DNA of 64,000 nucleotides from a virus: IMG/VR virus record IMGVR_UViG_3300028653_000010; one strand, 5' to 3'. Shown piece by piece: positions 10,292 to 20,026 of this stretch (position 1 is its first letter; each line of letters starts with the position of its first letter). The notes under the pieces were generated by a model. It saw only the letters and a program-made list of their open reading frames with translations, ran no database searches and was not told where the DNA came from. The position numbers and the translations under genes were made by a program.

Positions 10292-10825
10292 TTACCCCGA
10301 ACCGAACGTCTTAGTCGAGGTGATTATGCAGCAATCGGTAATAGGCCGCCCCTCATGCCGGCATCCTTCATCCCCCAGGCACTCCAACTTGAAGGTGCGC
10401 TTGATTCTGAAGTAGGTGTAAGGACTGGCTTTCAAGTCCTCAAGATAATCACAGTCCCCGATCTCCACGCTACACTGGACGTTGTGCGCGCGTACAGGTT
10501 CTTCGCATGTGGCTCCCCCACCACATTCGGACCCGATAACCTCTCCCGTCGTAGTCATGACCCTGTCATAGAGCCAATCCTCGGCCATCACTTCGGCATT
10601 GTGCCAGGCAAGGTTAGCGCATCCATTAGCACAGGAGTTGTACTTCTTCGTCGTGTACGTGATGGCAGTCCCGAGAGGGACGAACTCGGGGTCGTTGAGT
10701 TCAGTGATGAAGTAGGGGTCGCCCTCGAACGTGAGGAGCGGGTTCTTCACCGGTTCTTCACAGATACCACTTGCCCGCGCCAGCCCACCCGAGAGTAGGA
10801 CTACCAACGATAGAGATCGCTTCAT
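10292..10825 (-). CDS. secreted Cys-rich hypothetical protein
   Basis: signal-peptide-like MKRSLSLVVLLSGGLARA; many Cys. Confidence 0.55.
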   Translation of the reverse strand: MKRSLSLVVLLSGGLARASGICEEPVKNPLLTFEGDPYFITELNDPEFVPLGTAITYTTKKYNSCANGCANLAWHNAEVMAEDWLYDRVMTTTGEVIGSECGGGATCEEPVRAHNVQCSVEIGDCDYLEDLKASPYTYFRIKRTFKLECLGDEGCRHEGRPITDCCIITSTKTFGSG

Positions 10826-11301
10826 CAGACTACCCAAGGGCGATCGTAACGAGACCTCTGAGACCGTGCACGTGCTTGTGTCCCTAGTATACTATCTATG
10901 TCTACCTCGAATTCAGACGGTAAATACTTGAATAAGCTGCTAGGAGTGTGGTCGAAGCGAGGAAGGACGTTTACCGTCGAGTACCCCATCCCGATCATGA
11001 TGTTCTGGCGGTAGTTGTGAATAACCCCAAAGAAGGTTACTTGATCGAGTAACCCTTGTTGCCAGGCGTAGACCACAAGCATCTGCAATCGGGTCTGAAG
11101 TGCATTCTTGAACTGAGAGTCAATCATAGGGTCTGTTGCACTGCAGAGAGGTAGACTAAATCCAGATCCACCAGCATCTTCAGGTGGAGCCTTCACACCC
11201 CACATCTTATCATCTGCGACAAGAACCATCCCAGGTCTATCTCGCTGGTATAGTACCATGTAATGTGGAGATTCTAACCAATTGACCTGAATAGTTCTCA
11301 C
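10825..11301 (-). CDS. hypothetical protein with C-terminal RYER-type tag
   Basis: ends RSRYDRPWVV*. Confidence 0.7.
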   Translation of the reverse strand: MRTIQVNWLESPHYMVLYQRDRPGMVLVADDKMWGVKAPPEDAGGSGFSLPLCSATDPMIDSQFKNALQTRLQMLVVYAWQQGLLDQVTFFGVIHNYRQNIMIGMGYSTVNVLPRFDHTPSSLFKYLPSEFEVDIDSILGTQARARSQRSRYDRPWVV

Positions 11302-11999
11302 TTAATTAGTCCTCGCGCTACCCCCCACTCTACCCATGCTTTGGAGATCATTGCAAGGTTTCCAGACATCTCAGGGAACTTGCAGGGGTTCTCCCCGGTG
11401 ATAGCCGCTAGAGCGATCCCCCACCAATCAGGGTCGTCACGCATCTCCTCTAGAAGGATTGGAACCACTGGCATGCCCAACTTGATGATCTCCTGATAGG
11501 CCGGATGGTCAGAGTTGATGAAAGACAAGAACTGGGTGTCCTTGTGCCATTGGCTCCGAAACTCCTTGAACTTCTCACGAGTCCACAGGACTTCAAAGCG
11601 TCGGGTCATTTCCTCTTGCTTGAGAGACTTCCACAGGTGAAGACGAACCCGAGCCCCCTCAACCCCGGAGGCAAGCTTAGCACACTCGTGGAGCGACCAA
11701 GCGATACCAAGCAAGTTGTCATCTTGCTTGGCTCGTTCATAACCTCCTCGAAGCTCGAGGGTAGGCTCCTTGCCCTTGAGTGGACCTTCGTCAGCTAAGT
11801 ACCAGAGGTCCGCCGACATGGCATCGAGAATGATTGTGTCCGTGTCATTGAGCTCGTACCAGAGCCTCTCGGCTCTGTCTTCAGCTTCTTGCATCTCTGG
11901 AGTATCTCGGTCGCTATCGTCCTTGATGCCGTCCGCCAACTTGATGAGGAGCTTGACGCTCTCTGCAAACCCCTCTGATAGGTCGTCTAGTATGGACAT
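11298..11999 (-). CDS. helical hypothetical protein
   Basis: C-terminal HPAYQEIIKLG.PVVP.LL...WW.AL.AITGENP segment; stop overlaps next start. Confidence 0.65.
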   Translation of the reverse strand: MSILDDLSEGFAESVKLLIKLADGIKDDSDRDTPEMQEAEDRAERLWYELNDTDTIILDAMSADLWYLADEGPLKGKEPTLELRGGYERAKQDDNLLGIAWSLHECAKLASGVEGARVRLHLWKSLKQEEMTRRFEVLWTREKFKEFRSQWHKDTQFLSFINSDHPAYQEIIKLGMPVVPILLEEMRDDPDWWGIALAAITGENPCKFPEMSGNLAMISKAWVEWGVARGLIK

Positions 12000-12042
12000 G
12001 GTCTACTCGATTCTGACTTGTTGGCAACTACACCACGGATAC

Positions 12043-12561
12043 TTAGGCTTGAGCCGTCTTCACCTTAACCCTCACCTTGCTCTTGTGGGCTTTGACCGGT
12101 CCCGCGATTATGGTCGGAGAAGCCTTCCGAAGACGCCGACGAGTGCTAGCTCGGATAGGACGATCCACTGGCTTGCAATAAGGGTTGGTCTTGCTCAAGT
12201 GGTACAAGACTCGCTTGCCCTCCTTCAACTTTCGACTGATGAAGATCTCCTTGTTCGTCTTGAGCGTGTACCGAAGATAGCTGATCAGGTCCTTGCTCTT
12301 TGGCAGCCAACCATGGGACTTTAGACCAGACTTGACGTCGGCGACCGAGACCTCTTGGTTGCCAATCACTACTTGGATGGCCTCCAACAGGTTTACTGGA
12401 CCGTTGTTATTCAACGGTCGAAGAGCCAGCTTCACCCCATTGCCGTTTGGACTCGTTGACTTTGGGGCTGCTCCCTTGTAAATTCCCCTGTAGAACCCGA
12501 GTGCGTCCTCTAAGGTATCAAACTCCACGTTTCCATTAGGAAGTGCTATACGAATTGTCAT
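12043..12561 (-). CDS. putative winged-helix DNA-binding protein with basic tail
   Basis: LLEAIQVVIG...LKSHGWLPKS...LRYTL segment; similar segment in 25334-26473. Confidence 0.55.
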   Translation of the reverse strand: MTIRIALPNGNVEFDTLEDALGFYRGIYKGAAPKSTSPNGNGVKLALRPLNNNGPVNLLEAIQVVIGNQEVSVADVKSGLKSHGWLPKSKDLISYLRYTLKTNKEIFISRKLKEGKRVLYHLSKTNPYCKPVDRPIRASTRRRLRKASPTIIAGPVKAHKSKVRVKVKTAQA

Positions 12562-12681
12562 CTGTTGTACTCCTGACCCTAATTCAGTAGCCTCAGTAGC
12601 ATCCAGGTGTCAATAAGTATAGAGTACGACGCTACTTTTGGCCACTAGGTCAGGATGACCTGTAGTTTTCTTGAGTATCAA

Positions 12682-12710
12682 GTTGAGAGCTGTGCGGCTC
12701 GCGCGTATTA
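12682..12710 (+). promoter_or_regulatory. class-A promoter-like motif GTTGAG-N16-CGTATTA
   Basis: 7 nt before ATG 12718. Confidence 0.65.
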
Positions 12711-12717
12711 ACAGAGT

Positions 12718-13116
12718 ATGGCAAGAATCAACAAGACGACTCAGTTATTCGAGGATCTTACCGACCAAGAAGCCAAGGAACTTCAGATGTGGGTAGAAAC
12801 GGTTATGCTTCGAGGGTTTCTTCCGACTCGACCTCCGTTGATTGACCAATGGTTCGATGAGGTATCTCTAGAGGAGTCCCTACTGAGCCTATCAACGGTG
12901 GTCCCCCAAAAGATCCTCATGTCTTTGCTCATGAAACGTGATCACGAGTTCGGCGAGGTCTGTAAAGAGCTTCATGTGGCTCCTTTCAGTGGCAATGATG
13001 GTGTCATGGAAGCAATCCGATCATTGACTGATGCGTTGGATATGGCTTTAGGATCTCCTGGACCCAAGGTGTACAATGAGAAATCAAACGAAAATGGTAC
13101 GGATCAAGGGACCTGA
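12718..13116 (+). CDS. hypothetical protein
   Basis: follows class-A motif. Confidence 0.6.
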   Translation: MARINKTTQLFEDLTDQEAKELQMWVETVMLRGFLPTRPPLIDQWFDEVSLEESLLSLSTVVPQKILMSLLMKRDHEFGEVCKELHVAPFSGNDGVMEAIRSLTDALDMALGSPGPKVYNEKSNENGTDQGT

Positions 13117-13396
13117 GGACATACCCAGTGGTACCCACTTCGCGGTGATCATCTATGGCAAGCGAAGTGTTTGGGTCCCCGGTGATGAGCGCTCGCGCAC
13201 CAACCCCGGACACGGGTACCCTGAGCACACAGATCACTTCGACGACATTGAGCACTGGGTGACGACCGAGCGCGCCACCCTTGAGGAGTTCGTTAGCATC
13301 CAAGAGATGGCATCTGGCTCCAACAAGAAGCCCTATGTCATCCTGGAGGTAACTAAGAAGGCCAGTGTCAAGCACAACACCTCGGTCGTCTTCTAA
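13076..13396 (+). CDS. hypothetical protein
   Basis: PGDERSRTNPGHGYP segment; TAATG coupling to next gene. Confidence 0.6.
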   Translation: MRNQTKMVRIKGPEDIPSGTHFAVIIYGKRSVWVPGDERSRTNPGHGYPEHTDHFDDIEHWVTTERATLEEFVSIQEMASGSNKKPYVILEVTKKASVKHNTSVVF

Positions 13397-13818
13397 TGCC
13401 ACTTCAAATACCACCGATGCCAGGTTGGGTTAAAGTTGGCCTCTGGCTCCGAGACAAGGATAGCCCAGAGGCCTTGTACCAAGTGACTAAGGTCAAGGGA
13501 CGATTCGTTTGGGCCAGAGAGAAGGAACCTGGTACGGGTACGCACTGTACTCGCATCGACTATCTCCACTCGGTCTTCTTAGCCTCCAACTACTTTGAGT
13601 GTGACGATTGTCGACGAAAGCCTGGGTCTCCTACTCTTTGCCCAGATTGCTATGAGAGAAGGAACGATCTATCAAGGAAGAAGCCCAATCAATGTAGGCT
13701 TCCAAAACTCTGCGCTACGGCATACCGCGCGGACTACGACTTCATCAACCTTGAACCGGCGAACGAACCAGATACTCGAGTGATTCTTACTCGATACGAA
13801 CGCAAGTGGGTAATTTAG
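13396..13818 (+). CDS. hypothetical zinc-finger protein with C-terminal RYER tag
   Basis: CDDC...CPDC; ends ILTRYERKWVI*. Confidence 0.7.
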   Translation: MPLQIPPMPGWVKVGLWLRDKDSPEALYQVTKVKGRFVWAREKEPGTGTHCTRIDYLHSVFLASNYFECDDCRRKPGSPTLCPDCYERRNDLSRKKPNQCRLPKLCATAYRADYDFINLEPANEPDTRVILTRYERKWVI

Positions 13819-13839
13819 TTATGGTGTAGCTCCAATGGA

Positions 13840-14781
13840 ATGCCGTTCAACAGCATCTTGGAGTATGTGGAAGGACCCGAGGGTCTTGGTTGGACATTGT
13901 ACCCTGTTCAGCGGTTCATTCTTAAGCTCTACTACGGACTCGAACTAGACAGCACTCAACGGACAATCATCGTCCATGACATGTTCCTAGAGCAGGTACG
14001 CTACACCCTCACGGAGCAAGAGTACCTGAGGTTCCTCTTTGAGAATGGTCGCTGTAGCGTCTCAGACACGAGCACCCTACCGCGTAGAGGAATGGTACTC
14101 TCAGCGGGGCGCCGGGTTGGTAAGGATCTGCTGGCAGAGTTCATTGCCACATACACAATCGTCCAGCTGTTGCAAATGATGGATCCACATCCAGTCTTTG
14201 GAGTGACTCCGAGGCAGAGGCTCAATGTATTGTGTTTCAGTATGAATGCAGCTCGACGCGATGCATTGACCTCAGGTATTTACTACCACATTGAGCATTG
14301 CCAATATCTTCAGAGTGCATTGGTCAGCAACACTCTCACGAACATTACCTTCGAGACCCATGCCGGAAGACAAGCAGGGGGTACGCAAGGTAACCTGGGA
14401 CTCAGGTCATATTCGAATGTTGCCCGAACAAGAGGTTTTAGTTCGGTACAGCTCGTGGTGAATGAGCTGGCTCACATGGCAAACGAAAGAGATGCGTATG
14501 CTGCTATTATGCCCACGGTAACCCCATCTGGGCGCTATGCCATACTATCAACTCCTAGGGTGGCCTCAGGGGCCTTCTACAATGCTTTCATGTATGGGAT
14601 GCAGAATGAGTCCCAGGGGGCCCCACTCGCTCTTCAGATCCCAACGTGGGAGATTCAGCAAAACCTTGGTGAGGGTCTCTTGAGGAGAGCCTACAACGAG
14701 AATCCTACTCGGTTCCTCGTTGAGTTTGGAGCCCAATGGGGTAGTTCGAGTCGAGTAGTGACCATCAACATCCAAATCTAG
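13840..14781 (+). CDS. terminase large-subunit ATPase-domain-like protein (no nuclease domain)
   Basis: LYPVQRFILK (Q-motif-like), VLSAGRRVGKD (Walker A-like), VVNELAHM (Walker B-like, N for D), ILSTP (motif III), F.VEFGAQW; only 313 aa. Confidence 0.65.
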   Translation: MPFNSILEYVEGPEGLGWTLYPVQRFILKLYYGLELDSTQRTIIVHDMFLEQVRYTLTEQEYLRFLFENGRCSVSDTSTLPRRGMVLSAGRRVGKDLLAEFIATYTIVQLLQMMDPHPVFGVTPRQRLNVLCFSMNAARRDALTSGIYYHIEHCQYLQSALVSNTLTNITFETHAGRQAGGTQGNLGLRSYSNVARTRGFSSVQLVVNELAHMANERDAYAAIMPTVTPSGRYAILSTPRVASGAFYNAFMYGMQNESQGAPLALQIPTWEIQQNLGEGLLRRAYNENPTRFLVEFGAQWGSSSRVVTINIQI

Positions 14782-15095
14782 GGCTTCAGGGCAGCGGTGA
14801 GGGCGTCGACAATATTCAAGAGGATCGTATCCTCGTTGTTGTCAATGACAAATGTACACTCTCCTGGTGTCATTGCTACAACGGTCACCATGCTCTTACC
14901 GTATTGCTCCGTCCAACCTTCCGCGTCCCAAGCCTCAGCTGCTTCTTTGCACTGGTAAACGAACACCTCAACAGTGCTATCAACCTCGACTATTGAGGTA
15001 CCCCATACGCTCTCTATTGCCTTGATAGCTTCAGTGAGAGTCCGTTTAGGGTCGAACTTGGTTGGAACCGTAATGTCGTATCCGCCGATGTCCAT
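14778..15095 (-). CDS. hypothetical protein
   Basis: GGTGTA upstream on the - strand. Confidence 0.6.
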   Translation of the reverse strand: MDIGGYDITVPTKFDPKRTLTEAIKAIESVWGTSIVEVDSTVEVFVYQCKEAAEAWDAEGWTEQYGKSMVTVVAMTPGECTFVIDNNEDTILLNIVDALTAALKP

Positions 15096-15236
15096 GATGG
15101 TACCAGAGGTACACCAGGCGCACTAGTGCTCGCACACCACCAGAAGAACTCCGATTATCAGCAAAGCAATACTCAGTCCTTTGGCTACTCCGAGTGCTAA
15201 CTCACGTTTGAGCTTGATCATACTTAATCCTTTGGT

Positions 15237-15455
15237 TCACCGTCGTATTACACCTCCTTCACCCCAATCATCGAAACCGATCCCACAGTCTGGACAGTGC
15301 CAGTGGCCACATCGGGGGTGACACTCTTTCATTCGTCGATGCTGACACTGGTAGATAATAGGGTACCACCACTTAGGGTCAACCCTGCGGTCGTTACCGC
15401 CTAGGTCCCGAACACCTTGTCTTGTCAGCTTCACTCCGGGAGGGAATAGCTTCAT
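15237..15455 (-). CDS. small Cys/His zinc-binding protein
   Basis: CHPRCGHWHCPDCG; ATGA overlap with upstream gene. Confidence 0.5.
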   Translation of the reverse strand: MKLFPPGVKLTRQGVRDLGGNDRRVDPKWWYPIIYQCQHRRMKECHPRCGHWHCPDCGIGFDDWGEGGVIRR

Positions 15456-15817
15456 GCGATTCCAACGGTATGGGTCGTAAGACGGTAGTGGTTGTCCAGG
15501 GTCAATACCTGAGCCCGGACTTCACCTCCGGGCAAGACCACCACGAACCAAAAGACCACAGCGTGCCGGTGCAATACTTGGGTCCTTGCTGCCAAGGACC
15601 GCGCCGGCTCCCTGAGAGTCCTTCGAATTCCGTCCAACTTCCCCAATAACGATAGGAACCTCCTTCGGTTAGTAACCAGGATCCCACTACTGCCTTCTGA
15701 GGTATCCAAATAGAGAACCAAGTCACTCCCGATGTTTTTCAAACCATCCCTAGCTATGCGCAATAGGTCTTCGTTCACATAGGGTCTCAAGTGTTCTGCC
15801 ACTTTTTCAGGCTCCAT
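15452..15817 (-). CDS. hypothetical protein, paralog of 19257-19643
   Basis: L.PY...DLV.YL.T...FWF.V.LP shared pattern. Confidence 0.6.
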   Translation of the reverse strand: MEPEKVAEHLRPYVNEDLLRIARDGLKNIGSDLVLYLDTSEGSSGILVTNRRRFLSLLGKLDGIRRTLREPARSLAARTQVLHRHAVVFWFVVVLPGGEVRAQVLTLDNHYRLTTHTVGIA

Positions 15818-15927
15818 TTCACTCTCTTTTCGGGGTTCTCCGCTTGCTCTGAATTATAGAATGCTCGCAATACAGAAAGCAACAGGTTTTCAATGGCCAA
15901 ACGAATATGACACTTGTCTTGGAAACG

Positions 15928-16881
15928 TCATATCACCGGTTTTCTGTGGTATCTTGTGGGTATCGCTGACCTACCCTCAGGCTTTTTCGGGGTACTTGGA
16001 CCCCTACTTGGGCGCGCAACTCGCCCCTCAGCTTGAATATCTCTGGATGTCCTTCGAGGGAAACGATGTGTCGGCTCGATTCCGGCGGTAGCCCCGAATC
16101 CAGCATAGGCTCGTCGAAGTTCAAGCATCCTATCTTGAGGAAGCGGTTGAATCAATCTGACTGGGTACTCTCTGTGCAAGTCTATCAACCCTTGTACCTC
16201 TTCACTTGGGGTATCATACGCTGGCAGAGACACTTCCCTTGAAGGAGACGGGAACCTTGCCTCAGCGGCTACTCTCTGCGCGACCTCAGTCATCTCTTGG
16301 CCTTGTTCTCGTTGCACCTCTGGGCGTGCACTCCGTAAGGCTCTCAGATGAGCGGCAACCTCCTCTTCAGTGACAACATGCCCACCGTCAGATGCAAATT
16401 GCCCTTGATACTCAATTGGGAAGGCGGGGTCATCATCGAGGGCAAAGTCACGTGTCAATGACTCTCGTTGAAGATCTTCGGCAGTTAGATCAGAGCTATT
16501 ACGACCGATAGCTTGTGCATAACTTTCTAACCGTTCTAGAGCTGATGATTGGAAGATCATTGTCCCTATATCGGGCAGGACAGGTACTTCAGCGAGTCTT
16601 TGCTGTACAGCCTCTCGTATTTCTCGTTGGGTAGGATGCTCTATAGCCCAAGAAGTCACCGAGGTAATTTCTTGAGTGGTTACTTCAGGCAGCTCTAACC
16701 GGACATGTGGGGAGTGAAGAGCGTTTTGACGAAATCTCTCTCCAAAGTAACGTGCCAAACCCTCTGGAGTAAACCCAGTCTGTATTTCATTGACCAAGTT
16801 GTCTTGAATCGTGAAACGTGCTCCAGAAGCTTCCTCTCCTGTGTCCAGCATGACTCGGACTAGTACTTCTATTCGTGGCAT
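15928..16881 (-). CDS. hypothetical protein with C-terminal RYER-type tag
   Basis: Pro-rich tail ending IPTRYHRKPVI*. Confidence 0.7.
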   Translation of the reverse strand: MPRIEVLVRVMLDTGEEASGARFTIQDNLVNEIQTGFTPEGLARYFGERFRQNALHSPHVRLELPEVTTQEITSVTSWAIEHPTQREIREAVQQRLAEVPVLPDIGTMIFQSSALERLESYAQAIGRNSSDLTAEDLQRESLTRDFALDDDPAFPIEYQGQFASDGGHVVTEEEVAAHLRALRSARPEVQREQGQEMTEVAQRVAAEARFPSPSREVSLPAYDTPSEEVQGLIDLHREYPVRLIQPLPQDRMLELRRAYAGFGATAGIEPTHRFPRRTSRDIQAEGRVARPSRGPSTPKKPEGRSAIPTRYHRKPVI

Positions 16882-16928
16882 GACCTGGACACAAGATACC
16901 CCAATTGACTTCCGGTGTATAGACCATC

Positions 16929-17165
16929 ATGGATAAGTCTGAGCTGATCACAAGCTACAGGTTCGAGAAGGACCGCCTGGCCAAAGTAGAAAAAGCACTT
17001 GAAATTCAGAAGAAGAAGATCAGTGGCATCTGCAAGGATCTCTTTGATCAGCACGGAAAAGGACCCCACGACCTGGGCGACGGCTACGCGGAAGGGTACA
17101 TCGTTGTTCAGAACAGCGACAAGTACTACCTGAAAGCGGTTCCGGCTAAAAAGGCGGGTAAGTAA
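16929..17165 (+). CDS. small hypothetical protein
   Basis: GGTGTA 9 nt upstream. Confidence 0.6.
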   Translation: MDKSELITSYRFEKDRLAKVEKALEIQKKKISGICKDLFDQHGKGPHDLGDGYAEGYIVVQNSDKYYLKAVPAKKAGK

Positions 17166-17212
17166 GCCACTGGTTGACTTTCTAGTCAAGAATGGCATGG
17201 TGAATCGCCATT

Positions 17213-17653
17213 ATGCTGCAGAGATTCCAAAACTTCTCAGTGTTATGCGCGATAGTGCTGGCTGCTGTTTGCATCGTTCTTCTTCTGTCATCGCTAATTG
17301 AGAGTGGTGAGGGTCAGTACCCGACCTGGAAGAAGGCCTGTTTCGAACTACCGATCTTGCTCTATGTCATAGTTTTAGTAGGCTTTCTGATGCCTACTAA
17401 GCTACCTAAGCTCCAAGTCTTCGTAGTAGCATGTTGTGGACCTGCTGCACTAGCCTACATATCACGAATTTCCAAGTACAGTGATAGAAGGGTAGCTCGT
17501 CACCATGCTGAGTTTATAGCTTCGCAGCAAGAACTAACTCAACAGATTGAAGAGACCAAGGTTCGTATCATGAGCCTCGCTGAGAAAATGGAGTTAGAGA
17601 AAATAAATCAGTCAAAGCGGGTCTCACGGTACGAGCGCCCGCCGGTCATATAA
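17213..17653 (+). CDS. membrane protein with C-terminal RYER tag
   Basis: about 3 hydrophobic segments, coiled coil, ends RVSRYERPPVI*. Confidence 0.7.
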   Translation: MLQRFQNFSVLCAIVLAAVCIVLLLSSLIESGEGQYPTWKKACFELPILLYVIVLVGFLMPTKLPKLQVFVVACCGPAALAYISRISKYSDRRVARHHAEFIASQQELTQQIEETKVRIMSLAEKMELEKINQSKRVSRYERPPVI

Positions 17654-18260
17654 CCCACGGTCGTTCGTACCGTGACAAGTACTTAACCCTGGAATCTGTG
17701 AGTGGTAGTGGGAACAACTCGTGGATGTCTTTCACCTGGTAAGAAGGTTCGGTGACTACGTGCGGACCATCGTTCATTCCCAGCCGGAAGCGTTCTGAGC
17801 GTAGGGCACAGTCGAGTGCTTTTATACAGTTGAGAGATGCCTTGCAACAAGCCCACCCTATCGCTAGCTGAGCTTGGTCCTTGGAACTTGGTCCGTCATC
17901 TCTCATGATTCGATGAAGAGCTATAGCCCGCTCAATGGCGACCATACCGTCGTAGTCAGTGCCTAATTCAAGAGCATGCAGCTTGTTCACGAGGTGGTCG
18001 ATCAGCTGCTCATCAAGGTCCATTTGCTCCGCTTCAGCAGTCCGTGACGCGGCTCGGAACGCTATCCAATGCAAGTTATTGGACTGAGGATTCAATGACC
18101 ATAGCAGCTTGGTCATTGCATTCACATCTACACAGGTAGTCCAAGCTGTGTCGAAATCTCTGACCCCAGTGGCCACCATCCAATCAAGAAAGTCTTTGGA
18201 GACTCCAGCAGCCCGAGCAACCTCTGGTGATGGGAAGAACCCTACCATTAGATCACCCAA
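17646..18260 (-). CDS. hypothetical protein with C-terminal RYER tag
   Basis: ends YLSRYERPWVI*. Confidence 0.7.
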   Translation of the reverse strand: MGDLMVGFFPSPEVARAAGVSKDFLDWMVATGVRDFDTAWTTCVDVNAMTKLLWSLNPQSNNLHWIAFRAASRTAEAEQMDLDEQLIDHLVNKLHALELGTDYDGMVAIERAIALHRIMRDDGPSSKDQAQLAIGWACCKASLNCIKALDCALRSERFRLGMNDGPHVVTEPSYQVKDIHELFPLPLTDSRVKYLSRYERPWVI

Positions 18261-18781
18261 GGCCTCTCGTATCGACTCAGGACCTTCGGTGGTTGTGGGA
18301 ACTCTTGGGGGGCTGGCATCGACTTGAATTGGGTGTAGTCCTTGAACCGAACACCCTTTGGTCTCTCTTTCTTGTACCCAGCCCAGTTATTGTAGACAAT
18401 CTCGCGCACCGACTTCAGCTCTTCATGGTAGAGGTCGAAGAACTGTGAGTGCAAGGTCACTCGTTGTTGGTAGGTGAGTCCCTGCCTGTCCAGGAAGTCT
18501 GTAAGCCAGCCCAGGGGGTCCTTGAGCAGCGTTCGAGAGTAGTGACAGACTTGGGTGGCCTCCAACTGGTAAATCCAGGCTCGCCCCCGGTGAAAGGATG
18601 CCAGCTGGGCTAGCCGCTTGAGTTCCAAGAACCGACCCACATCATCTGGCGGCCGGATCTTCATCTCCAATCGGGTGGCTAAGTCTGGGTTACCAGCCAG
18701 GAGCTTGCGCGCCTCGTCAATGCTTCCTCGGTCTACCTTGTCACAAGCTATACCGAATAGGACCATGTCTTCAGCTGCCAT
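18248..18781 (-). CDS. hypothetical protein with C-terminal RYER tag
   Basis: ends PQPPKVLSRYERPWVI*. Confidence 0.75.
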   Translation of the reverse strand: MAAEDMVLFGIACDKVDRGSIDEARKLLAGNPDLATRLEMKIRPPDDVGRFLELKRLAQLASFHRGRAWIYQLEATQVCHYSRTLLKDPLGWLTDFLDRQGLTYQQRVTLHSQFFDLYHEELKSVREIVYNNWAGYKKERPKGVRFKDYTQFKSMPAPQEFPQPPKVLSRYERPWVI

Positions 18782-19191
18782 CAGATCACCGGCTTGCGTG
18801 TATACCGACTGGGGAACTTTGGACGGGGAAAGTCCTCCCCTTCTTTTGGCTCTAACACCTGAATGGGAAGTTGAAGGTGGCTCGTACCCTCAGGAGTGAT
18901 GATAGCCCCCGCTATCATTGCCGCTGCACCTATATCACCCATACCGCGGTCACGAGCGTACTGCTCTATCCTCTCGAAGTAAGCCTTGTTTTCAGCACTC
19001 AAGCGCCAATACCTAACGAAGTGTTGGGCGCTCCTCATCAAGAACCCAAAAGTACTATTGAAGGCATGTATCATGTCTTCTTCGTTGACCAGATCTGGGT
19101 CTTTGAACTCCGACAGGGGGATGTCCATTTCGTTCTGGTGTCTAGTATCATCGTCCTCGATGAGTTGAACTATGAGCCTTAGCTTCGCCAC
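18781..19191 (-). CDS. hypothetical protein with C-terminal RYER-type tag
   Basis: ends PKFPSRYTRKPVI*; N-terminus resembles 34828-35358. Confidence 0.7.
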   Translation of the reverse strand: MAKLRLIVQLIEDDDTRHQNEMDIPLSEFKDPDLVNEEDMIHAFNSTFGFLMRSAQHFVRYWRLSAENKAYFERIEQYARDRGMGDIGAAAMIAGAIITPEGTSHLQLPIQVLEPKEGEDFPRPKFPSRYTRKPVI

Positions 19192-19256
19192 AGGCAGAAT
19201 TTATACCACAAGCGACCGCTTGTTGACAATTGTTTGATAGGGGCGTTGGAGTAACC

Positions 19257-19643
19257 ATGGTACAGCCGACCCAGATGATCCCAACCGACTCGAATCCAAG
19301 CGAGTTGGCTATTGAAGTCAGTACTCTCTTGGCCCCTTACTTGGATGACCAAGTCATAATGGCGGTACTCGAAGCCAAAAGCAAAGGAGTGAAGGACCTC
19401 GTCATCTACTTGAACACGGTGGACCAAACCCTGTATCAACTGGAACGGTCAGCAGTTCTTTCAGATCCTGAAGCCCCAGAAGAGATGAAGTCCCTGATGT
19501 CCCAGCCATCCTCGGAAGTAGCGTCTTTCGGTTCAGAGGTACCAGGGTACTTGAGCTTCTGGTTCATGGTGTGCTTGCCCGATACCCGAATGGCCGCGAT
19601 GGCGATCTCGTCAATTCCCAGAAACGATGCTGGGCTCTGCTGA
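19257..19643 (+). CDS. hypothetical protein, paralog of 15452-15817
   Basis: GGAG RBS; shared pattern. Confidence 0.6.
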   Translation: MVQPTQMIPTDSNPSELAIEVSTLLAPYLDDQVIMAVLEAKSKGVKDLVIYLNTVDQTLYQLERSAVLSDPEAPEEMKSLMSQPSSEVASFGSEVPGYLSFWFMVCLPDTRMAAMAISSIPRNDAGLC

Positions 19644-19648
19644 ACCCA

Positions 19649-20026
19649 TTACTCACCCCTGAGAGTTTCGAGCATCTTCTGACGACCCTCGGCAACACTA
19701 AGGGTTGGGTTGTCCTGAATGTACCTGCTTGCCCTACTGAAAGTAATGGTCCAGTGCTTGGCCTGCTCATCTTCGCCGGAGCCTACCTCAAGGAAAGCAG
19801 ACCAACCTAGTCGGGGAATCCTTGGTGGCTTGTGATTGAAGCCAGGGTCGTCGGAACACATGAACTTGTGGTTTGGGTGATCCTTGGCGAACCGCCTCAT
19901 ATCACTCAATAGTAAAGTCATGCTGTCCCAGTCGGTATCAAGTCGAGTTTCGTCCAGGACTACAGGACCACCCGCAGAAGAGTGAGTGGAGGTTTGAGAT
20001 ACATCATCGTTGAGTAGGTCAGGCAT
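19649..20026 (-). CDS. hypothetical protein
   Basis: part of overlapping - strand gene run. Confidence 0.55.
   Translation of the reverse strand: MPDLLNDDVSQTSTHSSAGGPVVLDETRLDTDWDSMTLLLSDMRRFAKDHPNHKFMCSDDPGFNHKPPRIPRLGWSAFLEVGSGEDEQAKHWTITFSRASRYIQDNPTLSVAEGRQKMLETLRGE

Noticed and set aside
10136-10798. 220-aa + strand ORF
   Set aside because: Antisense to a coupled - strand gene run and has no motif.
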